Below, piece after piece: positions 1-8,485 of a stretch of 51,571 bases of DNA. The notes under the pieces were generated by a model that ran no database searches, was not told where the DNA came from, and was given only the letters and a program-made list of their open reading frames with translations. Each line of letters opens with the position of its first letter. Position 1 is the stretch's first letter. Source of the stretch: Nitrospirota bacterium. GTDB lineage: Bacteria > Nitrospirota > 9FT-COMBO-42-15 > HDB-SIOI813. Position numbers and translations under genes: made by a program. The stretch is from the NCBI GenBank assembly GCA_023248395.1, contig JAHFEQ010000003.1:1-51571 (forward strand). The letters run 5' to 3'.

Positions 1-68
1 TCCTTTGATTCCAATGGAAAGGAGAAGATAAATCCTGAGCATAAAGCTGCTTAATACTTAACTGCTAT

Positions 69-158
69 AACCGGACAGTTTATTTGCTACAAAACCGGAC
101 AATTCTATTTGTTGACAACAGGGAAAAATATGACAGGGAAAAACATGAGGGAAATTAG
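69..158. repeat. Two sets of tandem direct repeats downstream of the HD-GYP gene
   Basis: aaccggacagtttatttgct (69-88) recurs as aaccggacaattctatttgtt (93-113). acagggaaaaatatg (117-132) recurs as acagggaaaaacatg (133-147), followed by a partial third copy agggaaat. Confidence 0.6.
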
Positions 159-1570
159 AGGAAATATTTGCTTATATCAATCCCATATTTCCTGTGGTCG
201 AGGGATTGGATAATAGATTTATAATGATTTTCAGAAAGGTCTATAACCTCCCCGTCTATCTCGTTACCCTGTGAGTCTGTAATAAGTTTTATACGTGGTC
301 GGTGGATATTGACAGGAATTTGATTTGCCTTTGTTACCACGCCAAGTTCGCGCGTGTTTAACAGGAGCAGGGTTCCTACAGGATATATCCCAACGACGTT
401 GATAAAGATCTTCAGCAAGATTGGATCAAAGGCTGTATTGCTCTTCTTCATCATAAAGGAGAGGGCCTTATCTGGAATAAAGGGGGTACGGTTATAGATT
501 CTTGCAGAGGTAAGGGCGTCATAACAGTCTGCAATCGTTGTAATTCTTCCAAAAAGACTGATCCTCCTCGGAGTCGCAAGTTTAGGATAGCCCGAGAGGT
601 CGTAGGTTAGATGATGCTCAAAGCTTGCCATTATCATGCGTATCGCTTGCTCCTGAAGTCCTTTCAATCTAAGAAGGGTTTTTACACCATTAATAGGATG
701 CGTTCGCATGACCTGCCACTCCTCCGGTGTAAATTCTGATGGTTTGTTCAAAAGTTCCAAAGGGAGGTCGATCTTGCCGATGTCATGAAAGAGTGTCGCC
801 ATACCAAGTTCTCCCAACTCCCTTCTGTGATAACCAAGACGTTGTCCCATTGCTATAGAAAGGATTGAGACATTTACCGAATGATTATACGTGTACTCAT
901 CGTAGGCCTTCAGAGTAGTAAGACCTAATAGGGTAGATTCCTCGTGGAGCATCAAGTCTACCATGGATTGCACAAGCCTTTTCGCCTTCTTTATACTGGC
1001 AGTGTTTTTTAGTTTTGCGCTTTCCATTATCTCAGAGGCGGCTGAGAGTGTTTTGAAATATATACGTTTTGCCATCTCCCGTGAATCTTCGAGCACATGG
1101 TCAAAATGTTCCGCATCTTCTTTAATTCTATCTATCGTGATGCGTGTGATAGCCAGTGATTCGAGCTTATTAATGAGTTCATCGAATGGTCCAGAAGATT
1201 TTAGATTCGTGTTAATAAAGGCGTATATGAATCGCTTTAATTCATCAGGAGATAAATGGGTAGAGAAAGTAATTGAGCCTATTCCCCTTTTTTTCATCTC
1301 CTCTATTAAGAACATAGAGGCCAGGAAATTTTCTATACTTACCTTTATCTTTACGTCATCAATAAACAGATGTTCCTGAATCATTTTAACAGAGAAGGAA
1401 TCTTCACTATTCAGTAATAAACTTATAAACTCTATAGCCTTATCTACTGTGCTATTGAGTGCAACATTTTTCAGATCATGTATCGTTGCCGTCTTAAATA
1501 GGATATGAAGATTATTTATAAAATCTTTTCCCAGAGAGCCTCTCTTTTCGTCAAATAGCCGGTCTTTCAT
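155..1570 (-). CDS. HD-GYP domain protein (putative c-di-GMP phosphodiesterase) with an uncharacterised N-terminal domain
   Basis: 471-aa ORF with HD motif LFHDIGK, variant GYP motif HHLTYDLSGYP and CYDALTSARIY. Its ATG overlaps the stop of the upstream gene (ATGA at 1567-1570). Confidence 0.85.
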   Translation of the reverse strand: MKDRLFDEKRGSLGKDFINNLHILFKTATIHDLKNVALNSTVDKAIEFISLLLNSEDSFSVKMIQEHLFIDDVKIKVSIENFLASMFLIEEMKKRGIGSITFSTHLSPDELKRFIYAFINTNLKSSGPFDELINKLESLAITRITIDRIKEDAEHFDHVLEDSREMAKRIYFKTLSAASEIMESAKLKNTASIKKAKRLVQSMVDLMLHEESTLLGLTTLKAYDEYTYNHSVNVSILSIAMGQRLGYHRRELGELGMATLFHDIGKIDLPLELLNKPSEFTPEEWQVMRTHPINGVKTLLRLKGLQEQAIRMIMASFEHHLTYDLSGYPKLATPRRISLFGRITTIADCYDALTSARIYNRTPFIPDKALSFMMKKSNTAFDPILLKIFINVVGIYPVGTLLLLNTRELGVVTKANQIPVNIHRPRIKLITDSQGNEIDGEVIDLSENHYKSIIQSLDHRKYGIDISKYFL

Positions 1571-3318
1571 TTCTTCTCCTTCTCTATCTCAAGTAATGTA
1601 TCCTCGCATATTTTTCGTATGCCTTTATCTGAAGACAAACGGCCCTCCTTCAGGATATTGATGGCCGCTGGTGTAGACATCCTTTTGAGTGCGAGGGCTG
1701 CATATACCCTGTGTTCCTCAGCCTTTGACTTCCCAAAAAGCCAGGAGCGTTTCATCAATATCTCTTTTAGGGATGGTAATATCTCGTTAGACCCCAGTAT
1801 CCCCAGGCCTTCAAAGAACTCCTTTTTTTCTATGACCTCTTTGGTGTCAAAGCTGTCACTTGAGATAACACTCAATAGATGTGATAGAGCCTTTTTATAC
1901 CCGAGGGTACATAGACTTTTTAAGGCCATAATACGCACTGAGCTGTTACTGTCCTTGAGGAAGGAGATGAGCAGCTCCTTTGCCTCGTTACTCTTAATCT
2001 CTGAAAGGGTATGAACTATTTCTTTCCTTATCCGGGGTTCTTCATGCTCTTTTATCTTTTTAAGATAAGGTATGGCCTTTGTATTCGCAATCTTACCGAG
2101 TATATATACTGTGTTTCTTACTATAAACCAGTTATTATCCTCTAATTTTTTCAGGAGCGGTTCAATATTATCCTTGGCAAGTAAGGCAAGGACATCACAA
2201 AACAGGCGGCGGGTCTTCATTTGATCAAGCATTCCCACCATGGTAGCAAGGGGGGCAACGGCATTTTGGTTAAGCATGGTAAGAAATGAAAAGAGTGAAT
2301 CTACGTCTTCGGTCTTACTTACATTGATAGAGAGCGTAAATTGCTGCAGGAATTCTTCCTCTCCTAAGGCATCAATGGTCTTTTGTATCTCCTTTGCATG
2401 TGCTGGGCTAAAATTATTTTCATCTTTAGAGAGGGTTTTGAGAGTGGTCAATATTGGAATGACACGCCTGTAATCTCCGGATAGGACAAGAGACTTGATC
2501 GCCTTTTCTATATTTCTCATAATCTCAGAATAGCTATCAATCTCTTTTTCTATCTGGAGGATATGAAAGAGGATATCTAACAGTTCTGATATAAGGTCCA
2601 TCCCCTCTTCCATCTCCATTTCCCGTTGGACCTTCTCTATCTCTTCAGGTGTTAGGGTGAATATCTCGGAGAGAGGTTTTCCATAGATATGTTCTATCTC
2701 GAGCTCAACATTGGCAGGTTCAAGCACCGCCTTTCCCTCTGATTCAGTACCTGTCTCAGATTGATACGCCCTGAGAAGGGACTCTTTACTTTTCTCTCTG
2801 GTCGGTGGCTTTTCAGTTATTACGGGTGGCTTTCCACCCTCCTCTCCCTCTTCTGCCACGAGGTAGTGTATATTTTTAAACTCCTTTTCCCAGAGTTGCG
2901 TGACAGTATCATCGTCTCCCCCAGCTCCTGCATAATCTCCTCTAATAACATTGATAAACTCGAGTATCTCCTTTTCCTCTAAACCCTCAGTAAATTCAAT
3001 CTCTCTTATTCCATCTCCAAAGAATTTGAATGCAATGCTCTCTTCTTTAGATGGGTGCGAATAAACGACCTCTCCCTGATACAGTAGTTCTGTCTGTTTT
3101 ATCTTTAAGGCCAGATCGCCATATTCGTCTAAGAATTTGGTGAATTTATCAGTCAACTCGGTTACAAATCTCTGTCTCAGGGGGCTTGTTTCAGGGTAGA
3201 TCTTTAATGTCTTGATAGCCTTTGACAGGGTTTGAAGTACCTCGGTCGCCAGCTTTACGCCTGCCTTGGCATCTATTTCATCCTGGTCTTTTGGTTCCTC
3301 TAATTTAATGCTGTTCAT
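1567..3318 (-). CDS. HEAT/PBS-lyase-like repeat protein, function unknown
   Basis: 583-aa ORF. The C-terminal third has repeated HEAT-like units (NWFIVRNTVYILGKI, EPRIRKEIVHTLSEI, NSSVRIMALKSL). The acidic N-terminal region resembles the N-terminus of the downstream HD-GYP protein. Confidence 0.7.
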   Translation of the reverse strand: MNSIKLEEPKDQDEIDAKAGVKLATEVLQTLSKAIKTLKIYPETSPLRQRFVTELTDKFTKFLDEYGDLALKIKQTELLYQGEVVYSHPSKEESIAFKFFGDGIREIEFTEGLEEKEILEFINVIRGDYAGAGGDDDTVTQLWEKEFKNIHYLVAEEGEEGGKPPVITEKPPTREKSKESLLRAYQSETGTESEGKAVLEPANVELEIEHIYGKPLSEIFTLTPEEIEKVQREMEMEEGMDLISELLDILFHILQIEKEIDSYSEIMRNIEKAIKSLVLSGDYRRVIPILTTLKTLSKDENNFSPAHAKEIQKTIDALGEEEFLQQFTLSINVSKTEDVDSLFSFLTMLNQNAVAPLATMVGMLDQMKTRRLFCDVLALLAKDNIEPLLKKLEDNNWFIVRNTVYILGKIANTKAIPYLKKIKEHEEPRIRKEIVHTLSEIKSNEAKELLISFLKDSNSSVRIMALKSLCTLGYKKALSHLLSVISSDSFDTKEVIEKKEFFEGLGILGSNEILPSLKEILMKRSWLFGKSKAEEHRVYAALALKRMSTPAAINILKEGRLSSDKGIRKICEDTLLEIEKEKK

Positions 3319-3387
3319 ATATAGCCCTTCTATTTTCTGTCATGCTGAAATAAATTCAACATAGGGTTCGGAATGACATACAGAATC

Positions 3388-3396
3388 TGATATAAT
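3388..3396 (+). promoter_or_regulatory. Extended -10 promoter candidate (TGATATAAT)
   Basis: TGnTATAAT match ending 8 nt before the first ATG (3405) of the next gene. This would give a nearly leaderless mRNA. Confidence 0.3.
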
Positions 3397-3404
3397 TGAT
3401 CCCA

Positions 3405-4793
3405 ATGAAAATCCTATATAAGGAAATTCCATGGATAGATCCTTTTGATGCCTTTGTCCTTTTAAAAAGGGATGAACCATCTTTTCTCTTAGAAAGTCTT
3501 GGGGGTGATACAAATACATCTCGATATTCTTTTATCGGTACGAGTCCAAAAATCATTATTAAAAACAAGGGGAACAAAACAGAAATTGTGTATACGAATT
3601 CCGCGGAAGCTATTGATGTAGATCCGTTAAGAACGATAAGAGAAATCTTAAAGAGGAAAGAGGTTATAAGCCCCAAAAATCTTCCCCCCTTTGCAGGGGG
3701 GGCAGTTGGATACTTCGGATATGATATGGTACACCTTTTTGAGAAATTGCCACGTCAAACGCAAGATGATCTGCAGCTTCCGGATATGGTCTTGATGATC
3801 GTGGATATAATCGTTGCCTTCGACCATCTGGAAAAACGGGGGTGGATAATAGTTGTTTCAGACGGAGATGCTGAAATAGATGATGGGTATAGGGAATGGA
3901 TAGAAGAAATAGAGCGCAGGATCAGAAAAGGGTTAGTCTTCCAATATCCAGGAAGATCTGGTTTAAAGATAAAAATTGTCCCCAACCTCACCAGGAAGGA
4001 ATATAAAGACATGGTAAGGCGATGCAAGGAGTATATCTCTTCTGGCGATATATTCCAGGCAAATCTATCCCAGAGGCTATCAGCCCGGATAAAAGGTGTA
4101 GACCCTTTGAGCCTATACCGGGTCTTGAGGGGGGTTAACCCTTCACCCTTCTCTGCCTTTATAGATACCGGAGATATGCAGCTTGTGAGTTCATCTCCTG
4201 AGAGGCTTGTAAGATTGTATCAGGGTCTGATAGAGACGAGGCCGATAGCGGGGACAAGGCCACGAGGAAAGGACCAGGCTGAGAATGAGCTACTTCAAAA
4301 GGAGCTTCTGGCCAGTGAGAAAGAGCGTGCAGAGCATATCATGCTGGTAGATCTTGAAAGAAACGATATAGGACGTGTATGTCGATATGGGAGCATCAAG
4401 GTGGATGAGTTTATGACACTAGAGTCCTATTCGCATGTAACACATATTGTTTCAAACGTGATAGGGAATATAGAGCCCAATCAGGATGCCTTTGATCTTA
4501 TAAAGGCAGTGTTTCCGGGTGGTACAATAACAGGGGTGCCTAAGATACGGTGTATGGAGATAATAGACGAGTTAGAACCTACTACCCGCGGGCCTTATAC
4601 AGGCTCTATAGGATACCTCAGTTATACGGGCGATATGGACCTGAATATCATCATCAGGACCTTTATAATAAAGGATGGATGGGCCCATATGCAGGTTGGA
4701 GCGGGTATTGTTGCAGACTCTGACCCTGAAAGGGAGTATTATGAAACCCTTTATAAGGCAGAGGCTCTTCTGAAGACGTTGGAGCTTGTTTAG
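3405..4793 (+). CDS. Chorismate-binding enzyme: aminodeoxychorismate synthase or anthranilate synthase component I
   Basis: Motifs SSSPERLV, IAGTRPRG, HIMLVDLERND, PGGTITGVPK and RGPYTGSIGY. The ORF track starts at TTG 3396; the first ATG is 3405. No adjacent amidotransferase gene. Confidence 0.85.
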   Translation: MKILYKEIPWIDPFDAFVLLKRDEPSFLLESLGGDTNTSRYSFIGTSPKIIIKNKGNKTEIVYTNSAEAIDVDPLRTIREILKRKEVISPKNLPPFAGGAVGYFGYDMVHLFEKLPRQTQDDLQLPDMVLMIVDIIVAFDHLEKRGWIIVVSDGDAEIDDGYREWIEEIERRIRKGLVFQYPGRSGLKIKIVPNLTRKEYKDMVRRCKEYISSGDIFQANLSQRLSARIKGVDPLSLYRVLRGVNPSPFSAFIDTGDMQLVSSSPERLVRLYQGLIETRPIAGTRPRGKDQAENELLQKELLASEKERAEHIMLVDLERNDIGRVCRYGSIKVDEFMTLESYSHVTHIVSNVIGNIEPNQDAFDLIKAVFPGGTITGVPKIRCMEIIDELEPTTRGPYTGSIGYLSYTGDMDLNIIIRTFIIKDGWAHMQVGAGIVADSDPEREYYETLYKAEALLKTLELV

Positions 4794-5803
4794 AGAACCT
4801 TTGTTATCTCATCTCTCTCAAAAAGAGGGAGTTTTTTTATCTCACCCCTCTCTCTAATTCTCAGACCTTCTCTTTGCAGGGTAACCTTTCCTATCACACT
4901 TGCCTTGATCCCCTGCTTACCAAGTTCCTCTATGACCTTCTTTGTATGTCTTGGATGGAGGGTGATCAGGAGGGCCCCTGAGGCAATGGCCCCAAGCGGG
5001 TTTATCCCAAAGTAGTCACATAATTGTTCACACTCTGGCAGGATGGGGATGGCATCCCGGTCTACCAAAACTCCGACCTTTGAGGCAATCGCAAGCTCAT
5101 GCAGCCCTGTTGATAGCCCCCCTTCTGTCGGATCGTGCATTGCGTGGACCTTTCCAAATCTTATGGCACACTGTGCGTCCTTAAGGACACTCAGCCCTGG
5201 CATTTTTATGGTATCTTTACAACTCGTTATAAATCTTTGAGAGAATCGTTTTCGCAGGTCCTTTTCTTTCTCCCTTCCGATGATCGATGTCGCCTCAATG
5301 GCGATCCCTTTAGTGATTATTATATCGTCTCCAACCTTTGCCCCTGCGGCTGTTACAAGGGTTCCCTTTTTTACATCTCCGAGCATCTGCCCTATGATAA
5401 TCGGTCTGTCAATCCCAAAGGTCACTTCAGTATGGCCTCCGCAGAGTGAGATATCCAGGTCCTTACACGCCTTTGAGAGTTGAGAGAATATCTTTTTTAC
5501 CATCTGGGGTGTAGTCTTTTTCTCAGGGAGGAGTATGTTTGCGAGGAACCACCTGGGCCGCCCACCCATGACAGCGATATCATTGGCATTGATGTTTATT
5601 GCATAAAGGCCTATATCCCCGGCCACGAATGTTATAGGGTCTGTTTTTGCAATCAGATAATTACCAGAAAAGTTTATCACCGTTGCATCGATCCCAATGG
5701 ATGGACCTATCACAACATCAGCCCCCTTGGAGGTATATTGCTTCAAAAGTCGTTCAAGCAGCCTGACTGGAAGTTTGCCGGGGAGGAGTCTTACCTTTTT
5801 CAT
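4790..5803 (-). CDS. AIR-synthase-related protein (PurM/ThiL/HypE superfamily), specific function unknown
   Basis: 337-aa ORF with PurM-like N-domain (DATV...AKTDPITF, NDIAVMGGRP) and C-domain (HDPTEGGL). Converges on the previous gene with a 4-nt overlap. Confidence 0.7.
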   Translation of the reverse strand: MKKVRLLPGKLPVRLLERLLKQYTSKGADVVIGPSIGIDATVINFSGNYLIAKTDPITFVAGDIGLYAININANDIAVMGGRPRWFLANILLPEKKTTPQMVKKIFSQLSKACKDLDISLCGGHTEVTFGIDRPIIIGQMLGDVKKGTLVTAAGAKVGDDIIITKGIAIEATSIIGREKEKDLRKRFSQRFITSCKDTIKMPGLSVLKDAQCAIRFGKVHAMHDPTEGGLSTGLHELAIASKVGVLVDRDAIPILPECEQLCDYFGINPLGAIASGALLITLHPRHTKKVIEELGKQGIKASVIGKVTLQREGLRIRERGEIKKLPLFERDEITKVL

Positions 5804-5910
5804 CTGTCTCGTTCAGAAGGGTTTAAGTGTTTTTAGACATAGTAGCAAAAAAGGGGAAATTGGTCTATAATAACCGCAACTATTTTAAAAGACTTGGAAA
5901 GGAGTAAAGG

Positions 5911-6573
5911 ATGCCAGAAGGACAGAGTAACTGGGGTCAGGATTTCTATGACAAGGTTGAAACGGTAAAACTGAAAGATCCCCTGGCGTATTTCTTAGGC
6001 GCCATGGAGGAAGGGGAGCTATTTGTATTTACATATGCTGATGCAATAAAACTTGCAGGTCATTCCTGTCCTGCCATATCCGGGGCTTATAAGATCACAA
6101 CAAAGGCGCTATTGGCGCTGTATGGAGATGAGATACCTGTGAGGGGTGAGATCAGGGTTGCTATCTTAGGGAAACCTACGGACATGGCCTATGGACCTAT
6201 GTCACAGGTCATCTCTTTGATTACCGGTGCAGCACCTGTAACAGGCTTTGGTGGTCTGGGACGGAGATTTAAGCGGAGGAATATGCTGATCTTCGATGAG
6301 GGGCACTTTCAATTTAATACCTTTATCTTCCAAAGGATGGACAATAAGAAGATGGTAAAGGTGACCTACCACTCTGATTTAGTTCCAGAGGACCCGAAAT
6401 TGGGGGAGCTTGCGCCACTGGTTCTAACAGGACAGGCGACCGTAGAGGAGAAAATGGCATTTAAGAGGGCATGGCAGGATAAGGTCAGGCGGGTCCTGTT
6501 AGAGGATGACATCATCCCAGGGCTCTTTGAGGTTAAGGAGATAACGGATTATAAGTTTCCTGATGTCTTGTGA
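5911..6573 (+). CDS. Hypothetical protein with weak FmdE-like features
   Basis: 220-aa ORF with a strong RBS (aaaggagtaaagg). AGHSCPAISGAY resembles the GHxCPG motif of FmdE-domain proteins. The resemblance is weak and judged by eye only. Confidence 0.4.
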   Translation: MPEGQSNWGQDFYDKVETVKLKDPLAYFLGAMEEGELFVFTYADAIKLAGHSCPAISGAYKITTKALLALYGDEIPVRGEIRVAILGKPTDMAYGPMSQVISLITGAAPVTGFGGLGRRFKRRNMLIFDEGHFQFNTFIFQRMDNKKMVKVTYHSDLVPEDPKLGELAPLVLTGQATVEEKMAFKRAWQDKVRRVLLEDDIIPGLFEVKEITDYKFPDVL

Positions 6574-6645
6574 CAGTTGCCAGTATCGATATCTCACCTG
6601 GATCCTTTAAGACCTTGGAAGAAAGATGCGATTCGGAGGAAATAA

Positions 6646-7202
6646 ATGAACCAGAAGAGTGAAGGTTTGATCCTTTTGGTTGATGATGACCCTTATGTAC
6701 GGGATTCTATTTCATCATTCCTCAGTGAATGTGGTTATTCTGTGATTGCCTGTGACAATGCAATAGATGCAATGGCCAAGTTAATAGTAAGCTTCTGCAG
6801 ATGGAGAAAGACTATAAACATAATCTTGAAGATACGATAAAGAAGAGGACACAGGCAAGCATTGGGCATAAGATATTTGCAGATTCAACCCAGCCGGCCA
6901 TACAAATGGTAGCGTCTATTGCCTTAAGTCATCATGAGAGGTGGGATGGCACAGGATATCCTCAGGGGCTAAAAGGGAAAGATATCCCTATAGAGGGGAG
7001 GATTGTCATGATCTGTGATCAATATGATGCCTTAAGAAGTGAGAGACCATATAAGCCATCTTTTGATCACCAAAAGGCCTTTAAGATAATCACAGAAGGG
7101 GATGGAAGGACTAAGCGTGAACATTTTGATCCTGATGTGCTTGAGGTATTTACTAAGGTTGCCCCTGTATTCGATAAGATATTCAGGACATATCAGGGTT
7201 AG
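6646..7202 (+). pseudogene. Decayed REC-HD-GYP response regulator (RpfG-like) with frameshift and internal deletions
   Basis: The 6646-6840 frame encodes only the first ~46 aa of a receiver domain ([39 protein letters not shown]) and then runs into a stop. The 6801-7202 frame encodes only the distal HD-GYP half ([28 protein letters not shown]). The phospho-acceptor Asp region and the HD dyad are missing. Confidence 0.75.
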
Positions 7203-7218
7203 GATCAGGTTTTCCAAT

Positions 7219-8322
7219 ATGCCGACTTCCTGTATCACCATCGATGGCAGTCATGGCGAGGGTGGCGGGCAAATCCTGAGGAGCGCCCTTGCCCTTTCCA
7301 TCATCCTATCTAAACCTGTACAGATTATAAACATAAGAAAGGGGCGTCCCAAGGTTGGTCTGCAGCCCCAACACCTCATCTGCGTAAACGCTTGCAGGGA
7401 GATCAGTGATGCTGACGTCGAAGGTAATGAAATAGGTTCTACACACTTGCGTTTCCATCCTCGAGTGGTAAAGAGCGGGAGTTATGCCTTTGATGTGGCT
7501 GTAAAGAGAGGGAGCGCCGGCTCCACCTCCCTTATACTGCAAACCCTCCTTCCTCCTTTAATCTTTGGTCCGAGACCCATCAGGATGGAATTCCCTCTCC
7601 CCAAAGGGGAGAGGGATGGGGTAAGGGGAAATTTAGCAAGCCAGTTGATTATCATGGGTGGTACGCATGTCCCCTGGAGTCCGCCATTTCACTACTTGAG
7701 TGAGATATTTATTCCGGTCATTGAGAGGATGGGGGGCTCTATTGAACTTGATATCGATCAGTGGGGATGGTATCCGATAGGAGGGGGCGTTATTCACGCA
7801 GAGATAGGGAAGGCGGGATTAAAAGGGATGAGGATCGAAGAAAGGGGCAGACTTGCAAGAATACGTGGTATATCTGCAGTGTCTAATCTTCCATTATCCA
7901 TAGCAGAAAGACAGAGGAGAGAAGGGCTAAATAACTTAAAGGGCCTGTCTGTAGATATTGATATAGACGTAATATCAGCCCGATCGCCTGGAAGGGGCAC
8001 CTTCTTTTTTATAGTGGCAGAGTATGAGAATATAAAGGCCGGTTTTTCATCACTCGGGGCTATAAGAAAGAGTGCTGAAGAGGTAGCGAGAGAGGCCTGC
8101 AGGGATTTCCTTGAGTTTCATAAATCCCTTGGAGCTGTAGAACCCCACCTTGCTGATCAGCTTATACCCTATATCACCCTTGCAGAGGGGCCATGTTTTT
8201 TTACAACGACAAAAGTCACAAGACATCTTCTGACAAATGTCTGGACAGTACAGCAATTCATGGATGTAAATATAGAGGTCCATGGGGCAGAAGGGAAGGA
8301 GGGGAGAGTCATTAAAGTATAA
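7219..8322 (+). CDS. rtcA: RNA 3'-terminal phosphate cyclase
   Basis: N-terminus ITIDGSHGEGGGQILRSALALS, followed by GSAGSTSLILQTLLP and ADQLIPY. The start is set at ATG 7219. The ORF-track start at 7102 adds a non-homologous extension overlapping the pseudogene. Confidence 0.9.
   Translation: MPTSCITIDGSHGEGGGQILRSALALSIILSKPVQIINIRKGRPKVGLQPQHLICVNACREISDADVEGNEIGSTHLRFHPRVVKSGSYAFDVAVKRGSAGSTSLILQTLLPPLIFGPRPIRMEFPLPKGERDGVRGNLASQLIIMGGTHVPWSPPFHYLSEIFIPVIERMGGSIELDIDQWGWYPIGGGVIHAEIGKAGLKGMRIEERGRLARIRGISAVSNLPLSIAERQRREGLNNLKGLSVDIDIDVISARSPGRGTFFFIVAEYENIKAGFSSLGAIRKSAEEVAREACRDFLEFHKSLGAVEPHLADQLIPYITLAEGPCFFTTTKVTRHLLTNVWTVQQFMDVNIEVHGAEGKEGRVIKV
7587..7634 (+). repeat. G-rich palindromic REP/MITE-like element (family A), in frame inside rtcA
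   Basis: Perfect 10-bp stem ccctctcccc/ggggagaggg (7593-7602 / 7606-7615) with a 3-nt loop. The blocks aattccctctcc and ggggagaggga are identical to the reverse complement of the copy at 49051-49097. Confidence 0.8.
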
Positions 8323-8325
8323 TCC

Positions 8326-8400
<75 letters not shown>

Positions 8401-8423
8401 GATCCATTCGTCTGACGTTGCTA

Positions 8424-8453
8424 AAAATAACACACTTAAAGATCCCCTGTCAA
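8424..8453 (-). promoter_or_regulatory. Sigma-70-type promoter candidate for tRNA-Gly
   Basis: On the minus strand: TTGACA (8453-8448), 18-nt spacer, TATTTT (8429-8424). It lies about 24 nt upstream of the tRNA 5' end. Confidence 0.35.
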
Positions 8454-8485
8454 TTATGAAATCTCTTTAGAAATCTCTTCAGCAT

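Noticed and set aside
1-54. Possible 3' end of a plus-strand gene (…SFDSNGKEKINPEHKAA-stop)
   Set aside because: Only 17 codons are visible. That is too short to support a call.
6789-6800. Adjacent HindIII (AAGCTT) and PstI (CTGCAG) sites at the pseudogene frameshift junction, a possible cloning scar
   Set aside because: Two 6-mers can be adjacent by chance. The sequence does not match any polylinker I know. The surrounding sequence reads as native linker ([20 protein letters not shown]).
7102-7218. N-terminal extensions given by the ORF track (7102 for rtcA, 22384 for mdh, 36941 for aroB, 49101 for the SDR, 51141 for bioW, 24943 for lptC)
   Set aside because: The extensions are non-homologous. 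They run through repeats, neighbouring genes or promoter boxes. In each case a conserved N-terminus with an RBS follows at an internal start.
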